Assembly (NCBI GenBank): GCA_951406725.2
Contig: OX597814.1
Location: forward strand, 89,404,001-89,468,000
Length of the DNA stretch: 64,000 nucleotides
Source: Octopus vulgaris
Taxonomy: Eukaryota
Direction of reading: 5' to 3'
The notes under the pieces were generated by a model. The model worked only from the letters and a program-made list of their open reading frames with translations. It did no database searches and had not been told where the DNA came from. Of this stretch, positions 52,501 through 64,000 are shown one piece after another. Position 1 is the stretch's first letter. Every line of letters begins with the position of its first letter. The position numbers and the translations under genes are program-made.

Positions 52501-55500
52501 TTCGCACACCGGACAAAAGCTTAGCAGCATTTTTTCCGAGTCTTTACGGTCTGAGTTCAAATGCCAAAATGTGATGTCGACTTCATCAAGATTTGAATTT
52601 AGAACAGTAGGGTCATAATTCAAATACGCAAAACATTTTGTTCAACATTTAATGATTCTCCCACAATCGTAATGATATGTTCATGATACGCCAGTAAATA
52701 CTGAAAGCGTGGGACTCTGGTTTTGGGTGCTAGGCTCACGGCAGTTAGGTCACGTGTTCGATTATCGGACTGAGCAGCGCGCTTTGTCTTTGAGCAAGGC
52801 ACTCAATTTCACACTGTTCCTGTACATTCAACCAAAAATGAATATCAGTGACACTTGAGTATTAACCAGAGCTGTCTTAGCCAGCATTTTAGGCCCCCTG
52901 GCCTACAATGTTGGCTAAATCAATGCACTGAACCTTTTAGTATATATTCATTGACAGCAATTCACAGCATATATAGATCAGATTTTGGCCCCTTAGAGCC
53001 GTGGGGCCTCTGGAAAACTGCCTAGTATGCCTATGCCTTAAGACAACACTCTACGATGAACTGGCGTCCTGTTAAGAGGAAAGTTTTGTACTCTCAGTTT
53101 AAAGGCCTTGTAGAACCGGATAAACTATCTCATGAGCCGTGAAGACTCGAGGCAGAGACGTCAGGGAATAATTTCTGATTGAGCGAAAGATGTCAGAAAT
53201 GGAGGAGTGACGAACTATTCAGTTGTGTCTCTTAACTTTATCATCTTTGTAAATTCCCACATAGGACTTAAATACCTATTTCTTTACTACCCACAAGGGG
53301 CTAAACACAGAGGGGACAAACAAGGACAAACAAACGGATTAAGTCGATTACATCGACTCCAGTGCGTAACTGGTACTTATTTAATCGACCCCGAAAGGAT
53401 GAAAGGCAAAGTCGACCTCGGCGGAATTTGAACTCAGAACGTAACGGTAGACGAAATACCGCTGAGCATTTCGTCCGGCATGCTATCATCTCTGCCAGCA
53501 CGTCGCCTTATAGGACTTAAATACCAGTCAAGTACCGGAATCGATTCAACCGACTATTGTCCACTCCTCTACAAATCTGTCTGCTGAATGAGGTGCCAAC
53601 AAGAAATTAATTTAATGCATTCAATTTAAACTGATATAAGACATCACAAAAAACAAATTTGAGAAAGAAAAGAATAACCGGGCATCTAACTGAATTCGAA
53701 CCAAAGGCGACGGCGTTACTGGTTACACTACAGAGCTCCAGTAAACCTCCTTTGCAATGTTATTTGGCGGTTTGCAATTTTAGCTATGCCGGCGAGTCAT
53801 GTCCCCAACACAGTTTAGATTCTCAGTCATATGCATCTTTTTTTTTTTTTTTCATTTACATTGCTAATACACATAAGAAACTTTTAAATGATACCCAAAT
53901 CCTATCTCCATTCTGCATGTCACAGCCTTCTTCATCTTTTATGATATTTAAATCTTTGTGTAGAAATTTCTTATTCGACAACGTCAAAATTTTCTTTCAA
54001 GACTTTTTAGACGGGAAATATTCCATTACGATGTAATCTTATCGGCGTTGTTTTTAAAACTGAAGTTTTCTCTTAAACAGAATCTTTTGGATAACTTCTT
54101 AATTATGACGTAATAATAAATAGTCACATTTTCGTAACAAAAGCATCAAACTCATTTATTTTTATTTCACTTTTTCAATATTTCATAATATATTACTAAC
54201 CAATGAAAAATGTGGACGCATACTAACAATATTCTTAAAAATTAAACCTAGAAAAGTAGAGAACAAGAAAAAACTCATTAAAATTAGAGCTTAAAATAAT
54301 GCTGCTAAAATTAAAATTAAAAAGTACCTCTTGGGTACTTACGGATGCACAAATGCACAAAACGGAGAGATAGAAAAAAATATGGACGACTTGTTCCAAA
54401 ACACCCCCGAGTGGGGAACAGTTCTCAAAAATAACCCCAAATTGTTTCCCCTCCAAATTTCTATGTCCTCGGTATCTACATAGTCCTACATAGAGGATTT
54501 CGTTAAAAAAATACCCAATTTCTTGAAAGTTATGACGAATTGAAGTGGACTCCGGTGAATTTTCCGAAATCCCCCCCTCCCCAAACACCCCCTCTCCGAA
54601 CACCCCCACCCACATTTTGTATATTCGGAATCTACATGATGTAACGCATATTTGTAGATAATTTCATTAAAAAATACCATTTTTCTGAAAGTTATGATCA
54701 TCCTAATTCGGAGGAGGCAGAAATCTGTAGTTATGCCTGAGTAGTGTCCCTTTAGTATCATTCAAAACTTGATAAAAATTTGAGAATTAAAATTAAATAT
54801 CTTTTTTTATAATGGATAAAATTTTACGAAACCTTTACCAATATATTCCTTTAACGTTTCTCTTTCATATTAATATCAATATAATAATTCTTAATCAAAA
54901 TTAAAAGAATGGTGTGGATTCAAAGTGTCGATGTCGGGCGTTACTACCCGTCAGTCGACCAGTTTGGTCTATACATTTTTTTCTCTTAACTTTTGTTCTA
55001 CTGCACCAGATTTTAAGTATTTTATGTCTAAATGTAGCTTATCACTAGTCAAACATAATTCAACAAGCTAAATTTGATTTCGATTAAAACTGAATTAGTG
55101 AAACTGCTTGGAAGACGCCGACTGCAACAAAAAAGCTCCGTTAAGAATATCATTCAACTACGGTAGTAGTTGAATGATTATTGTAATTAAAATTATGAAA
55201 TGCCTTGCCTTATTAAATCCAATTAACCATTGTGCTATTTCACCGACCAGTATGGTATTTATACGTGGAAGATGAAATCTACAATCACAAAACTCACTTT
55301 AGACTAGTAATTCTTAACTCTTTTACTACCACGCCTTCCCTAGGGATTTGTCCTTTCCTTCACTATGCGTCTATGAATAAAATTTTCTCCCCAAAACAAG
55401 AGAATCTCTTACTTTGTTGAGAATTTGATCTTTGATGTCTTGAAATAAATCGTCGATCCTTCCCTTGACTGTTTGCACTATCTTTCCCCTGAACGAGTTA

Positions 55501-55586
55501 TGCTCTGGTGTTTGCTGAATTTCTTCTTTTTCTTTGTGGTTAGATCGTAGGTGATCTAACATATTGGATGTCCATTTAGTGGTCAT
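18404..55586 (-). CDS. Tentative uncharacterised ~137-aa protein, 4 coding exons (55586-55413, 34153-34088, 24782-24644, 18438-18404)
   Basis: Donors AAA|gtaaga, CAG|gtaagt, CAG|gtgagt; acceptors ttgcaag, aattttcag, ttttttccccag. The exons are non-repetitive islands that join in frame to 414 nt: [58 protein letters not shown]|[22 protein letters not shown]|[46 protein letters not shown]|[11 protein letters not shown]. Extra or upstream exons are possible. Confidence 0.5.
19104..19923. mobile_element. Foldback DNA element with ~400-bp TIRs containing CCCTAA/TTAGGG repeats; 8-bp TSD
   Basis: GGATCTTTTCCTTTTGAACGG ... CCGTTCAAAAGGAAAAGATCC; TTCTCAGG at 19096-19103 and 19924-19931. Confidence 0.9.
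20299..21430 (+). mobile_element. Helitron-like element with an antisense Pif1-helicase C-terminal fragment and microsatellites
   Basis: TCTGTATATATAAAA start, cccgaccaaagccggg hairpin plus CTAG end; minus-strand [17 protein letters not shown] at ~20870-20966. Confidence 0.7.
21630..24310 (-). mobile_element. Decayed L1/Tx1-clade LINE
   Basis: RT motifs [29 protein letters not shown] and C-terminal CPRC..H zinc knuckle; many frameshifts. Confidence 0.8.
24334..24600 (+). mobile_element. Solo arm related to the 19104-19923 foldback family
   Basis: ggatcttttccttttgaacggcagttttcaacacaatttctag start; ends in aaccctaac-like repeats. Confidence 0.8.
24644..24782 (-). CDS. Internal exon of the tentative upstream gene
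   Basis: gtaattttcag|AAACTT ... CTGCCAG|gtgagt; 139 nt, consensus splice sites, unique sequence. Confidence 0.65.
24912..25140 (+). mobile_element. tRNA-derived SINE with Meta-like core (other copies at ~53275-53508 minus, 57505-57690, 61908-62440 tandem)
   Basis: ggcggtgagctggcagaatcgttagc head; gactttgcctttcatcctttcggggtcgat..agtaccag core. Confidence 0.75.
25800..26335 (+). mobile_element. Tc1/mariner (maT/DD37D-like) transposase relic
   Basis: Decayed KFP..VFG..SE..PPH...DYYV.GAVEK frame; second copy at ~48930-49620. Confidence 0.7.
26605..28410 (+). mobile_element. Mariner C-terminal relic interrupted by nested insertions
   Basis: [16 protein letters not shown] (26605-26699) resumes as [23 protein letters not shown] at ~28097. 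Confidence 0.7.
27112..27670 (+). mobile_element. Non-autonomous element resembling an RTE-clade LINE 5' UTR
   Basis: gggcggaggaactcttgagagtcaacggc motif; sits in the AT microsatellite of a SINE. Confidence 0.4.
28570..29121. mobile_element. hAT (Charlie-like) MITE with a nested tRNA SINE (28632-28945)
   Basis: TIRs cattggttctcaac / gttgagaataacag; TSD atctaaat/atctaaac. Confidence 0.75.
30359..30690 (+). mobile_element. tRNA-derived SINE (minus copy at ~55620-55950)
   Basis: A/B-box-like head tggctcagttgctagagc..gttcgatcccgg; body shared with 55620-55950. Confidence 0.75.
30696..31058 (+). mobile_element. Non-autonomous Helitron-like element
   Basis: TCTCTCTATATATAAA start; 3' hairpin gcactatgacccgg-caacg-ccgggtcatagtgt then TAG. 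Confidence 0.7.
34088..34153 (-). CDS. Internal exon of the tentative upstream gene (alternative acceptor 34145)
   Basis: Consensus donor TTCCAG|gtaagt; open frame continues into 24782. Confidence 0.55.
34328..34708 (-). mobile_element. tRNA-derived SINE (ggaggcgcaatggcccagtgg family; also 28632-28945 plus and 51315-51610 minus)
   Basis: Reverse complement of the tRNA-like head at ~34635-34708 and shared body. Confidence 0.8.
36109..36875 (-). mobile_element. Helitron-like element
   Basis: Minus strand starts TCAATATTATAAGAG..(GTCC)n and ends ..cgggtgtcgagCTAG. Confidence 0.55.
37636..38810 (+). mobile_element. Decayed mariner element inserted into the TTAGGG-like array
   Basis: TIRs tattgggttgtca / tgacaacccaata; transposase remnant [13 protein letters not shown]. 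Confidence 0.75.
39865..40248 (+). pseudogene. 18S rRNA fragment (conserved block plus GC-rich V4 expansion)
   Basis: gtgcaagtagccgcgataattccagctccggtagcgtatattaaaattgttgcgtttgaaaagctcgtagtcgga is a mutated form of universal GTGCCAGCAGCCGCGGTAATTCCAGCTCC..AAAAAGCTCGTAGTTGGA; only ~380 bp. Confidence 0.88.
41517..42600 (+). mobile_element. 3' fragment of an RLE-type (HERO-like) non-LTR retrotransposon
   Basis: Zinc-knuckle remnant [19 protein letters not shown], then [27 protein letters not shown] restriction-like endonuclease motifs; stops and frameshifts. Confidence 0.8.
44668..45755. mobile_element. TIR element with three tandem ~300-bp core units
   Basis: 5' hairpin 44668-44797; each unit ends in gactatt(t)cc..gaaag..gtactc, the reverse complement of gagtacactc..ctttcgctggggaaacagtc. 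Confidence 0.6.
46192..46728 (+). mobile_element. Helitron-like element with microsatellites
   Basis: 3' acccgggtaatgtcgggt hairpin followed by CTAG|t. Confidence 0.5.
47590..48260 (+). mobile_element. RTE-clade LINE 3' relic
   Basis: [34 protein letters not shown]-terminal RT-associated motifs. Confidence 0.7.
48930..49620 (+). mobile_element. Tc1/mariner (maT/DD37D-like) transposase relic
   Basis: [37 protein letters not shown] decayed frame. Confidence 0.7.
50447..50585. mobile_element. Short hAT MITE (related copy ~52170-52326)
   Basis: TIRs cagtgacatag / gctacgttactg; TSD gttggttg/gctggttg. Confidence 0.6.
55413..55586 (-). CDS. Probable first or upstream coding exon of the tentative gene
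   Basis: ORF 55371..55586 with donor AAC AAA|gtaaga at 55413 (phase 0). Confidence 0.45.
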
Positions 55587-55949
55587 CCCTTATTATACGA
55601 ATATATATATCGGAGATACGGAGACCCCCTTCGGTCACGACACAGACCATGGGATTGCACCTAGAAAGTTACCCTCCTAGACACAAGTCCGGACGAGGTT
55701 GTTTATGGAAGACCAGCAGTCGCCCATGCATACCAGCCTCCCCTCCCCACGCCACCAGTGTTATCCAAGGGAAAGACAAAGGTCGATACAGCTTGGCACC
55801 AGTGACGTCGCAACTCATTTCTACAGGTGAGTGAACTGGAGCAACGTGAAATAAAGTGCCTTGCTCAAGAACACAACACGTAGCCCGGTCCGGGATTCGA
55901 TCTCACAACCTCACGATCGTCGCAAGCTTGACGCTCTAACCACTGAGCC

Positions 55950-55982
<33 letters not shown>

Positions 55983-56053
55983 CTTTGATACTTTGATACT
56001 TTGATAGGTTTCGGCCATTATTGGCCCAGGCCATGTCTAACTTAATAGCACCA

Positions 56054-56200
<147 letters not shown>

Positions 56201-56319
56201 ACTTGCGGCGTGTTTCCATACAATTTTCCACGACCAAATTCATTCTCAAGGCATTAGTCGAGCCAATTTAAGGCACAATGGGATTATAGGACTGAATCTT
56301 AAACCGCGTAGTCTGCTTG

Positions 56320-56850
56320 CCACTTCGAAATGCATGCATCCATTGGTCTGGATTGAGAATGCTTTGAACTGATCATCATGTATTTTGAGCTGATTGTGGA
56401 ATCTCCATGACAAACTGAAGCTAATGACTTTCTTGCGGGTTCGAATATATCTCAAACATATTTGAACTGGTAGCATGTTTATCTTTATATCAAACATTGC
56501 TTAGAACTTATAATCCTTATAAATTTTATAAATTTTATAATTTTATAAGGAAGCCGGACAGCGTCACCAGTCAAACTATGATATTTCGATTGGATTCTTA
56601 TAAGGAAAAACCTAGTCTCTTACTCAGTTCGGAGTTGCATCTCTTTCTAATGTTCGATGCTGATGAGAAAATAAACACTTCGAAATGCATGCATCTATCG
56701 ATCTGGATGGAGGATGCTTCGAACTGACCATAGTGTGTTTAGGCCTTTTTTGTCTACAACGGGAATATTTCTCCATGATAAACTGCTGTGAATGGCCGTC
56801 TTACACGCTCGAATATGTATCGAACTGGTAACAAGCTTATATAAAATCTA
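56320..56850. repeat. Diverged ~170-bp direct repeat (56320-56490 / 56677-56850)
   Basis: cacttcgaaatgcatgcatc..tgct(t/c)gaactga..tcgaatat..gaactggta occurs twice. Confidence 0.75.
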
Positions 56851-58225
56851 TATCTTCAAATTCATAGATGGAGAATATTTTCAAATGGCTGTCTCTTATT
56901 TTCAGCAATGTACTCTGTAGGCTAATGAATCATACGCTATATATGCGCGAGTATCTCATAGTGAAAGCTTAGTGTTGTGACAATGTGAAATACAATGTAT
57001 GAAAATCAACAAAGACCAAAGAGATGTGTATAATATATATTATAGGCACAGGCGTGGCTTTGTGGTAAGAAGCTTGGTTCCCAACCACAAGGTTCCAGGT
57101 TCAGTTCCACTGCGTGGTACCATGGACAAGTGTCTTCTACTATAGCCTCGGACCGACCAAAGCCTTATGAGTGGATTTGGTAGACGGAAACCGAAAAGAA
57201 GCCCGTCGTATGTGTGTATCTATGTATACACACACACACACATATACATATGTATGTATGTATGTATGTATACCCCCCCACATACGTGTGTGTGTGTGTC
57301 TTTGCGTCTGTGTTTGTCCCCCACCACTAGTTGAAACCAGTGTTCGTGTGTTTACGTCCCCGTAACTTAGCGGTTCGGCAAAGTAACTGATAGAATGAAT
57401 GTCAGGCATAAAAATAAGTACTAAAGATTCTTCAAGGCGGTGCCCCAGCATGACGGCCGTCTAATGACTGAAACAAGTAAAAGGTCAAAGGTAGTGCGAG
57501 GGAAGGGTGGTGACCTGGCAGAATCGTTAGCACGCCGCATAAAGTGCTCAGCGACATTTTCCCCAGCTGTTTACGTTCTGAGTTCAAATCCCACCACTTG
57601 ACCTTTCAGAGTCGATGAAATAAGTATCAGTCTATATAACCGACTTATCCTCTCCCTACAATATTACGGGGCCTTGTGCCTATTGTGGAAAGAATCATAA
57701 AGACATACAGGCACAAAAACAGCAATTTTGAGGGTAGTTGATCGGTCGTTATTATCGAACCCCCGAAGGATGAAAGGAAAAGTTGATCTCGGTGACATTT
57801 GAACTCAGAACGCAAAGAACTGCTGGAACAAATACAGCAAAGTAGTTTTCCCGACGTTTTATCGATTCTGCCAACTCACTGCCTTTAAAAAACAGGTATA
57901 ACTAATTCGAGTGCTTCATTGGCATTTTGTTTTATGTATCTCGAAAAGGTGAAGGCCCATAATCAATGTCGAGATAATTATTCTCTAGAAAATGGTAGCC
58001 GAATCTCTTTCAAATCACGCCCAATTTTTTCTTTTTTAAATATGAGAGACATATTGTATGACGTGATTCTAATTATACTATGCCAGACAAAAATGAAACG
58101 GGATGGTTGCGTCTGAAATCCTTTTAATCAAAGGTTTACTCAATCGGGAGGAAACCACAGTGATAACAAAAACAATAACAACAGCAGAAGCGATGACATT
58201 ATTGACGATAAGAAGTACAGTCATA

Positions 58226-58634
<409 letters not shown>

Positions 58635-59124
58635 TGGTAATAACAACTCAGAATACTAACCGATGTGGCGGCTAAGCTAATTATCGAAAGATAATTATCT
58701 ACCGATTCTGCAATCTACAAAACATTATTTAATTGCTTTCCAACACCTTGTTATATTCTTGAAATTATATTAAGCATGTTAATGTTTACGATAATGCAAA
58801 ATGTCACGGCACTGTAAATTTATAATTTATGTAACTATCTCTCTCTGAATGACCTTTATTAGACGATGAAGGAATTCGCAAAAGAAAAAAGAAAATGGTG
58901 TAATGTTTTTAAAGAAAACATTACAGTTGTTAAATCTACTAGCATTAATTAGAGGAGGCTGCTTTTTTTCAAGGAGGAAAGAAAAAATATGAAACCTTTA
59001 ATATAGCTAACGATTTTAATAGTATGAACTTGAAGATCCTAATATCTTCCGTACAGAATCTGTGTTTTATTTTTAATAAATTATCATCTCCTTTCCTTCT
59101 CTCCATGTGCATGCGCGCGTGCGA

Positions 59125-59192
<68 letters not shown>

Positions 59193-59341
59193 CGGGCTGA
59201 ATGTGATGTGCCGCATCATGTCGATATGATGTAGCCCACTACCGAATGTAAGGTGTAGATGTAATGCTTATAGGTTCTCGCGTCGGAGTAACCAGTGAAC
59301 ATCGAAGAATCAACACCAAAAAAGAAGGAATATTATTTACA

Positions 59342-60600
59342 TACGAGGGGCGTTCTATAAGAAATGCCCCTGATCCACTTCCCATAGTAGTAGAGCAACG
59401 AAACTTGGCACAGTTATTAGTCTTTTTCTACATAGGAACCACCTAGAGTTACGCATTTCTCCCATCGTTTGATGCAGCTCTGGGGACCGTTTTTGTAGAA
59501 GACCCCAGCTTGGTCCTCCAACCATGACGTGACTTCAGAAATCAAGGCTGCATCATCTGGGGAAACGCTTTCCTTTCAAAAACAACTTCATGGCTGGGAA
59601 GAGGTGAAAATCAGAGGGTGCAAGGTCAGGAGAGTAGGGGGGATGGGGGAGGAGTTCATAGCCGCACGCCTGTGCTTTTGATCTGGCGACACGCGAGTTG
59701 TGGACCGGAGCGTTGTCCTACAGGAGGAGGATGCCTTTGCTGATCTTGCCCCGCCTCTTGATTTTGATAGCTTCTCTTAATTTCCTCAAAAGTGAAGCAT
59801 AATAGGCTCCTGTAATTGTGGTACCCTTTGCCAGGAAATCTGTCATCACTACTCCGTCCTGGTCCCAGAAGACTGTGAGCATGACCTTGCCAGCGGAGGG
59901 CTGCACCCTTGCCTTCTTTGGAGGGGGTGAGTCACGGTGCTTCCACTGCATTGACTGGGCTTTGGTCTCTGGATCATAGTGATGGACCCAGGTTTCATCC
60001 TGTGTAATCAGTCTTTTGAAAATTTTTGGCTCATCTTCTTGGCACATCTCCAAATTCATCCTCGAGCACTCGACGCATTCTTGCTTCTGGAAAGGTGTGA
60101 GCAACCTGGGAATTCATCTGGCAGACACCTTTTGTATATGCAATCTTGACCTCATGGGCTATTTGGCGAATAGTTATGCGTCGATCTTCCAAAATGGCAG
60201 CCTCAACTTGACGGACATATGCCTCATCAATGGCAGAAGGGGGGCGACCAGATCTGGGAGTTGTTTCCACAGAATTTCGACCATGTTTGAATTCACGATA
60301 CCAGCGTTTTACAAGGTCATATGATGGGGCATCATCACCATAAGTTACTTTCATTTCATCAAAAGTCTCCCGTGGTGTGTGTCCTTTCAAATACAAAAAA
60401 CCGGATCACTGCTCGACACTCAACAGGCTCCATTTCACACTTGACTCAGTTCAAACACCTGTAAATCAGAAACCACAATTAGTTCAGAGCTGTAATTTGC
60501 CACTTGATCTATAGAGATATGAATAATTGCTCATGCAAAATTTCAGCTAGATCAAATAACTGCAAGTGGGTCAGGAGCATTACTTATTGAACGTCCCTTA
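59342..60600 (-). mobile_element. Near full-length mariner (irritans-like) with disabled transposase
   Basis: TIRs tacgaggggcgttctataagaaatgcccctgatccactt / aagtgggtcaggagcattacttattgaacgtccctta; ORFs 60031-60396 (HTH) and 59718-60104 (ITQDETWVHHYDPE); stop before DNAP; YSPDLAPSDF downstream. Confidence 0.92.
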
Positions 60601-61030
60601 TTGCCCGACAGGTAGTTAAAGAGACAGTAGCAATTCTAGTGATATTGACAAGATTGGCTGGCTGGTTAGTAGTTGATAGTGTAGAAAAAGGTTGTCTGTT
60701 TGTAGAGAGTGAAAGTAAAGAATGCAAGGTGCTGACTATAAAGGGAGATAAGATAAAGGCAGCATCGTCTTTCTCGCGGCCGAGGAAAGTGCTTGTCTTG
60801 GTCCGACTGACACAAAAGAGGTAGAGATAGGAAATGTTCTGTGTTATATAGACTATGGGCAGTAATGTAGGTCAAACCCTAAACAAAGAACTGACCTTTC
60901 CTTGACCAGCACAGGTCCTTGTGGATCAAGTGCATCCTCATTAATCATCTGGTGTGGAGAGGATTTCCCGCTTGTTTTGACAAGCGGGTAGATTTGGATT
61001 CAAATCTCAGGCAGAGCGAAGCGAAGTCCC

Positions 61031-61100
<70 letters not shown>

Positions 61101-61360
61101 ATGAAAACCGTAGTAAAGAGTTTGTCTCGTGTGTCTCGTCACTCGATTTTTACACCACTGCGATCTGCAGGCATTTCGCCCGAAGATCACAGTACGCAAA
61201 CTTGCGTCGTGAGACAAACTCTTAGTTACAGTTTTAACAACCCATCTCAAAAAAACTAACCCCCCCCACCAAAAAGACCAACAAAAACCTCATCTACGTA
61301 TATTAAGCAACTGAGCACTCCTTTGTCATTCGTTCAACATTAAGCAACCAAAGTACACAC

Positions 61361-61426
<66 letters not shown>

Positions 61427-61437
61427 ACTCACACACA

Positions 61438-61469
<32 letters not shown>

Positions 61470-63155
61470 CACACTTAAATACACATGTGATTTAAATTGG
61501 CAGAAATTATGAAATGACTCAAGGACCGAAAGTTTTGTGCATGACACTTATCAAAGTTTGATAATACCTACATCTGTACATAGACACATACGCTTGTATG
61601 TACTCGTTAGTGAGTAAATATTGAACACAGCTTCCATCACACAGCGTTTCATAGGCATCTAAAACGCACACCGAATCGTTCTAAAGGTATGGTGTGTAGA
61701 GGCACATTCTCTCCATTTCATCGATTCTAGATAAATTTATACAGGATTTATTGTTAATGACATCAGGGACTACAATCAACTTCTGAACCTCATTAACTCA
61801 AAGAGACAGCGTAAACTCGCCGCCCTTCTCCCGATTTATTTAAGCTCAAAGAACAAAGGTCTGTCAGCCGTACAACACAACACCTTACAATATTATCGTC
61901 ATAGTAAGGCGGCGAGCTGGCAGAAACGTTAGCATGTCGGGTGAAATGCTTAGCGGTATTTCGTCTGCCGCTACGTTCTGAGTTCAAATTCCGCCGAGGT
62001 CGACTTTGCCTTTCATCCTTTCGGGGTCGATAAATTAAGTACCAGTTACGCACTGGGGTCGATGTAATCGACTTAATACCTATGTCTGTCCTTGTTTGTC
62101 CCCTCTGTGTTTAGCCCCTTGTGGGTAATAAAGAAATAGGTATTTCGTCTGCGCCTACGTTCAAATTCTGCCGATGTCGACTTTGCCTTTCATCCTTTCG
62201 GGGTCGATAAATTAAGCACCAGTTACGCACTGGGGGTTGATATAATCGACTCAATCCGTCTGTCTGTCCTTGTTTGTCTCCTCTGTGTTTAGCCCCTTGT
62301 GGGTAGAAATAGGTATTTCGTAGGTCGACTTTGCCTTTCATCCTTTCGGGGTCGATAAATTAAGCACCAGTTGCGTACTGGAAACGATCGAATCGACTGG
62401 CCCCTTACCCCGAAATTTCGGGCCTTGTAGGAAAGAATATTATCGTCATAGCTTATCTTCTTTAAATGCTTTCGTAAATGCAGTTTCTGTCTGATTCTGC
62501 AGTGCATACTAAAAAAAATTACAGAAAAAGAACTGTTGTTTCTTTTAACAGAAAATCTGTTAATTTGTAATTGATGTCAAAGACAAGCCTTTTGCCTGGA
62601 ATATTTACAATTGGTCGGGCTATAAAATAAAAATAACCAACAACTGTAACAAAGGAGATATCAAAGAGTTAGCTCCCTTCTAGCGAAAGTTAAGTCTGCT
62701 CAAGTTACCTCCCTTACACCAAATTATACGGTGCCTCGTACATCAACATGTTAATTTCTATCTTGTTCTGTGGTTCGACAAATGGTGAAAAATACCTGCC
62801 TTTAAATTCATTAAATGTGTGCTACAAGCGATCATCTGAAAGCTGGACACCTGTTCTACGTGTGTTTGACGTAAGTTAACAACGGTCCTTCTACGAATGT
62901 AAACAATACGCAAACTAATGAGTGTATTTTTTCGGCTGTATCTTTAAACACAGGCGTGTATGCATTATATGTGCAAGTGTATGTATATGTGCTTGTTTGT
63001 ATATTTATATAGACACAGATAACTGGAAAAATAGACAGAAATATATATATCGTTTGTAGAAGACATACATTCGGAAAAGAAGCACACTCTAAGATGTAGA
63101 GCAGTGTATATTTTAATGGGAGAGGCCGGTTTATGGGATTACCCTGGGTGTCCCT

Positions 63156-63267
<112 letters not shown>

Positions 63268-63359
63268 ATATATGTGTGTATATATATGTATGTATATATA
63301 TATATATATATATACATACATACGTGTATAAATGTATGTGTGTGCATATATATATGTAT

Positions 63360-63435
<76 letters not shown>

Positions 63436-64000
63436 CAGGGTGAATACTTGATAACTGTAAGCACCTGTATATGCCAGTTAGTGGTGTAGGTGTAGGGTAT
63501 ATTTATCAAAAGAAAAACAGGATGCAAAGGATTTAGCGGTACATATGTTTCTGGCTTTATTGGACAGTTTATATCGATGCATAATTGATGTAACATGTAT
63601 GTCAATAGCCTTCCTCAGCCGCGCACAATTACCACACCAAAGACATGCTATACATTATAAGTTTGGGAACAAGACGTGTTTCGTTGGGGTTCAAATCCTC
63701 ATAGTCGTATACAGCAGAGCGAGACACCAAAACAAAAACAAAACGTCCATACTGTTTTTCACTCGATATAAAATGAGGAGGTTGGATGTTGAGATAAAGA
63801 GGGAAGGAGCGGGAGGGGTGAATTTTTATGAGTTTGGGATCACAAAGAGGAAAAATAGTAAGTGCAAAATGTAATAAAAGAGTAGAAATGTAAAAAAGGT
63901 AAGAGTAAAAAAATAAGTATATAAGTATATAAAGATACAAAGGATGTTGTATGTCTGGTCTAAATTTCTAGAGCTTTACTGTGACAGTGTAGACGTGAAA

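Noticed and set aside
53730-55150. Possible viral/Polinton or DNA-transposon coding relic
   Set aside because: Frames are interrupted, and I could not recognise a motif, TIR or TSD
55536-55571. [12 protein letters not shown] as a BED zinc finger of a hAT transposase
   Set aside because: No upstream CxxC or other transposase motifs; better explained as part of the spliced ORF, though not excluded

Overview
Eukaryotic, AT-rich, repeat-dense genomic DNA. The microsatellite load, tRNA-derived and Meta-domain SINE families, TTAGGG-type repeats and a GC-expanded 18S fragment suggest a mollusc, probably an octopus; this is an inference from repeat content. Most ORF-track entries are microsatellite or TE artefacts. 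Manual splice-site reading gives two minus-strand multi-exon genes that the ORF track misses. (1) A shelterin TPP1/ACD-like gene (ATG 17597, 10 coding exons down to ~873) with an OB-fold, an acidic linker and a POT1-binding-like segment. (2) A tentative, unrecognised ~137-aa gene with 4 coding exons over 55586-18404, ending ~800 bp upstream of the TPP1-like ATG. The largest intron of gene 2 holds an ~8.7-kb decayed (TTAGGG)n-like array (~37490-46190). That array carries insertions of a mariner, an 18S rRNA fragment, an RLE (HERO-like) non-LTR retrotransposon and a tandem TIR element. The rest is SINEs, Helitron-like elements, mariner/maT relics, Tx1 and RTE LINE relics, hAT/piggyBac MITEs, a telomere-repeat-bearing foldback element and degenerate hammerhead motifs. 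Protein-family calls are by-eye comparisons with remembered sequences, not database searches. Repeat boundaries are approximate.
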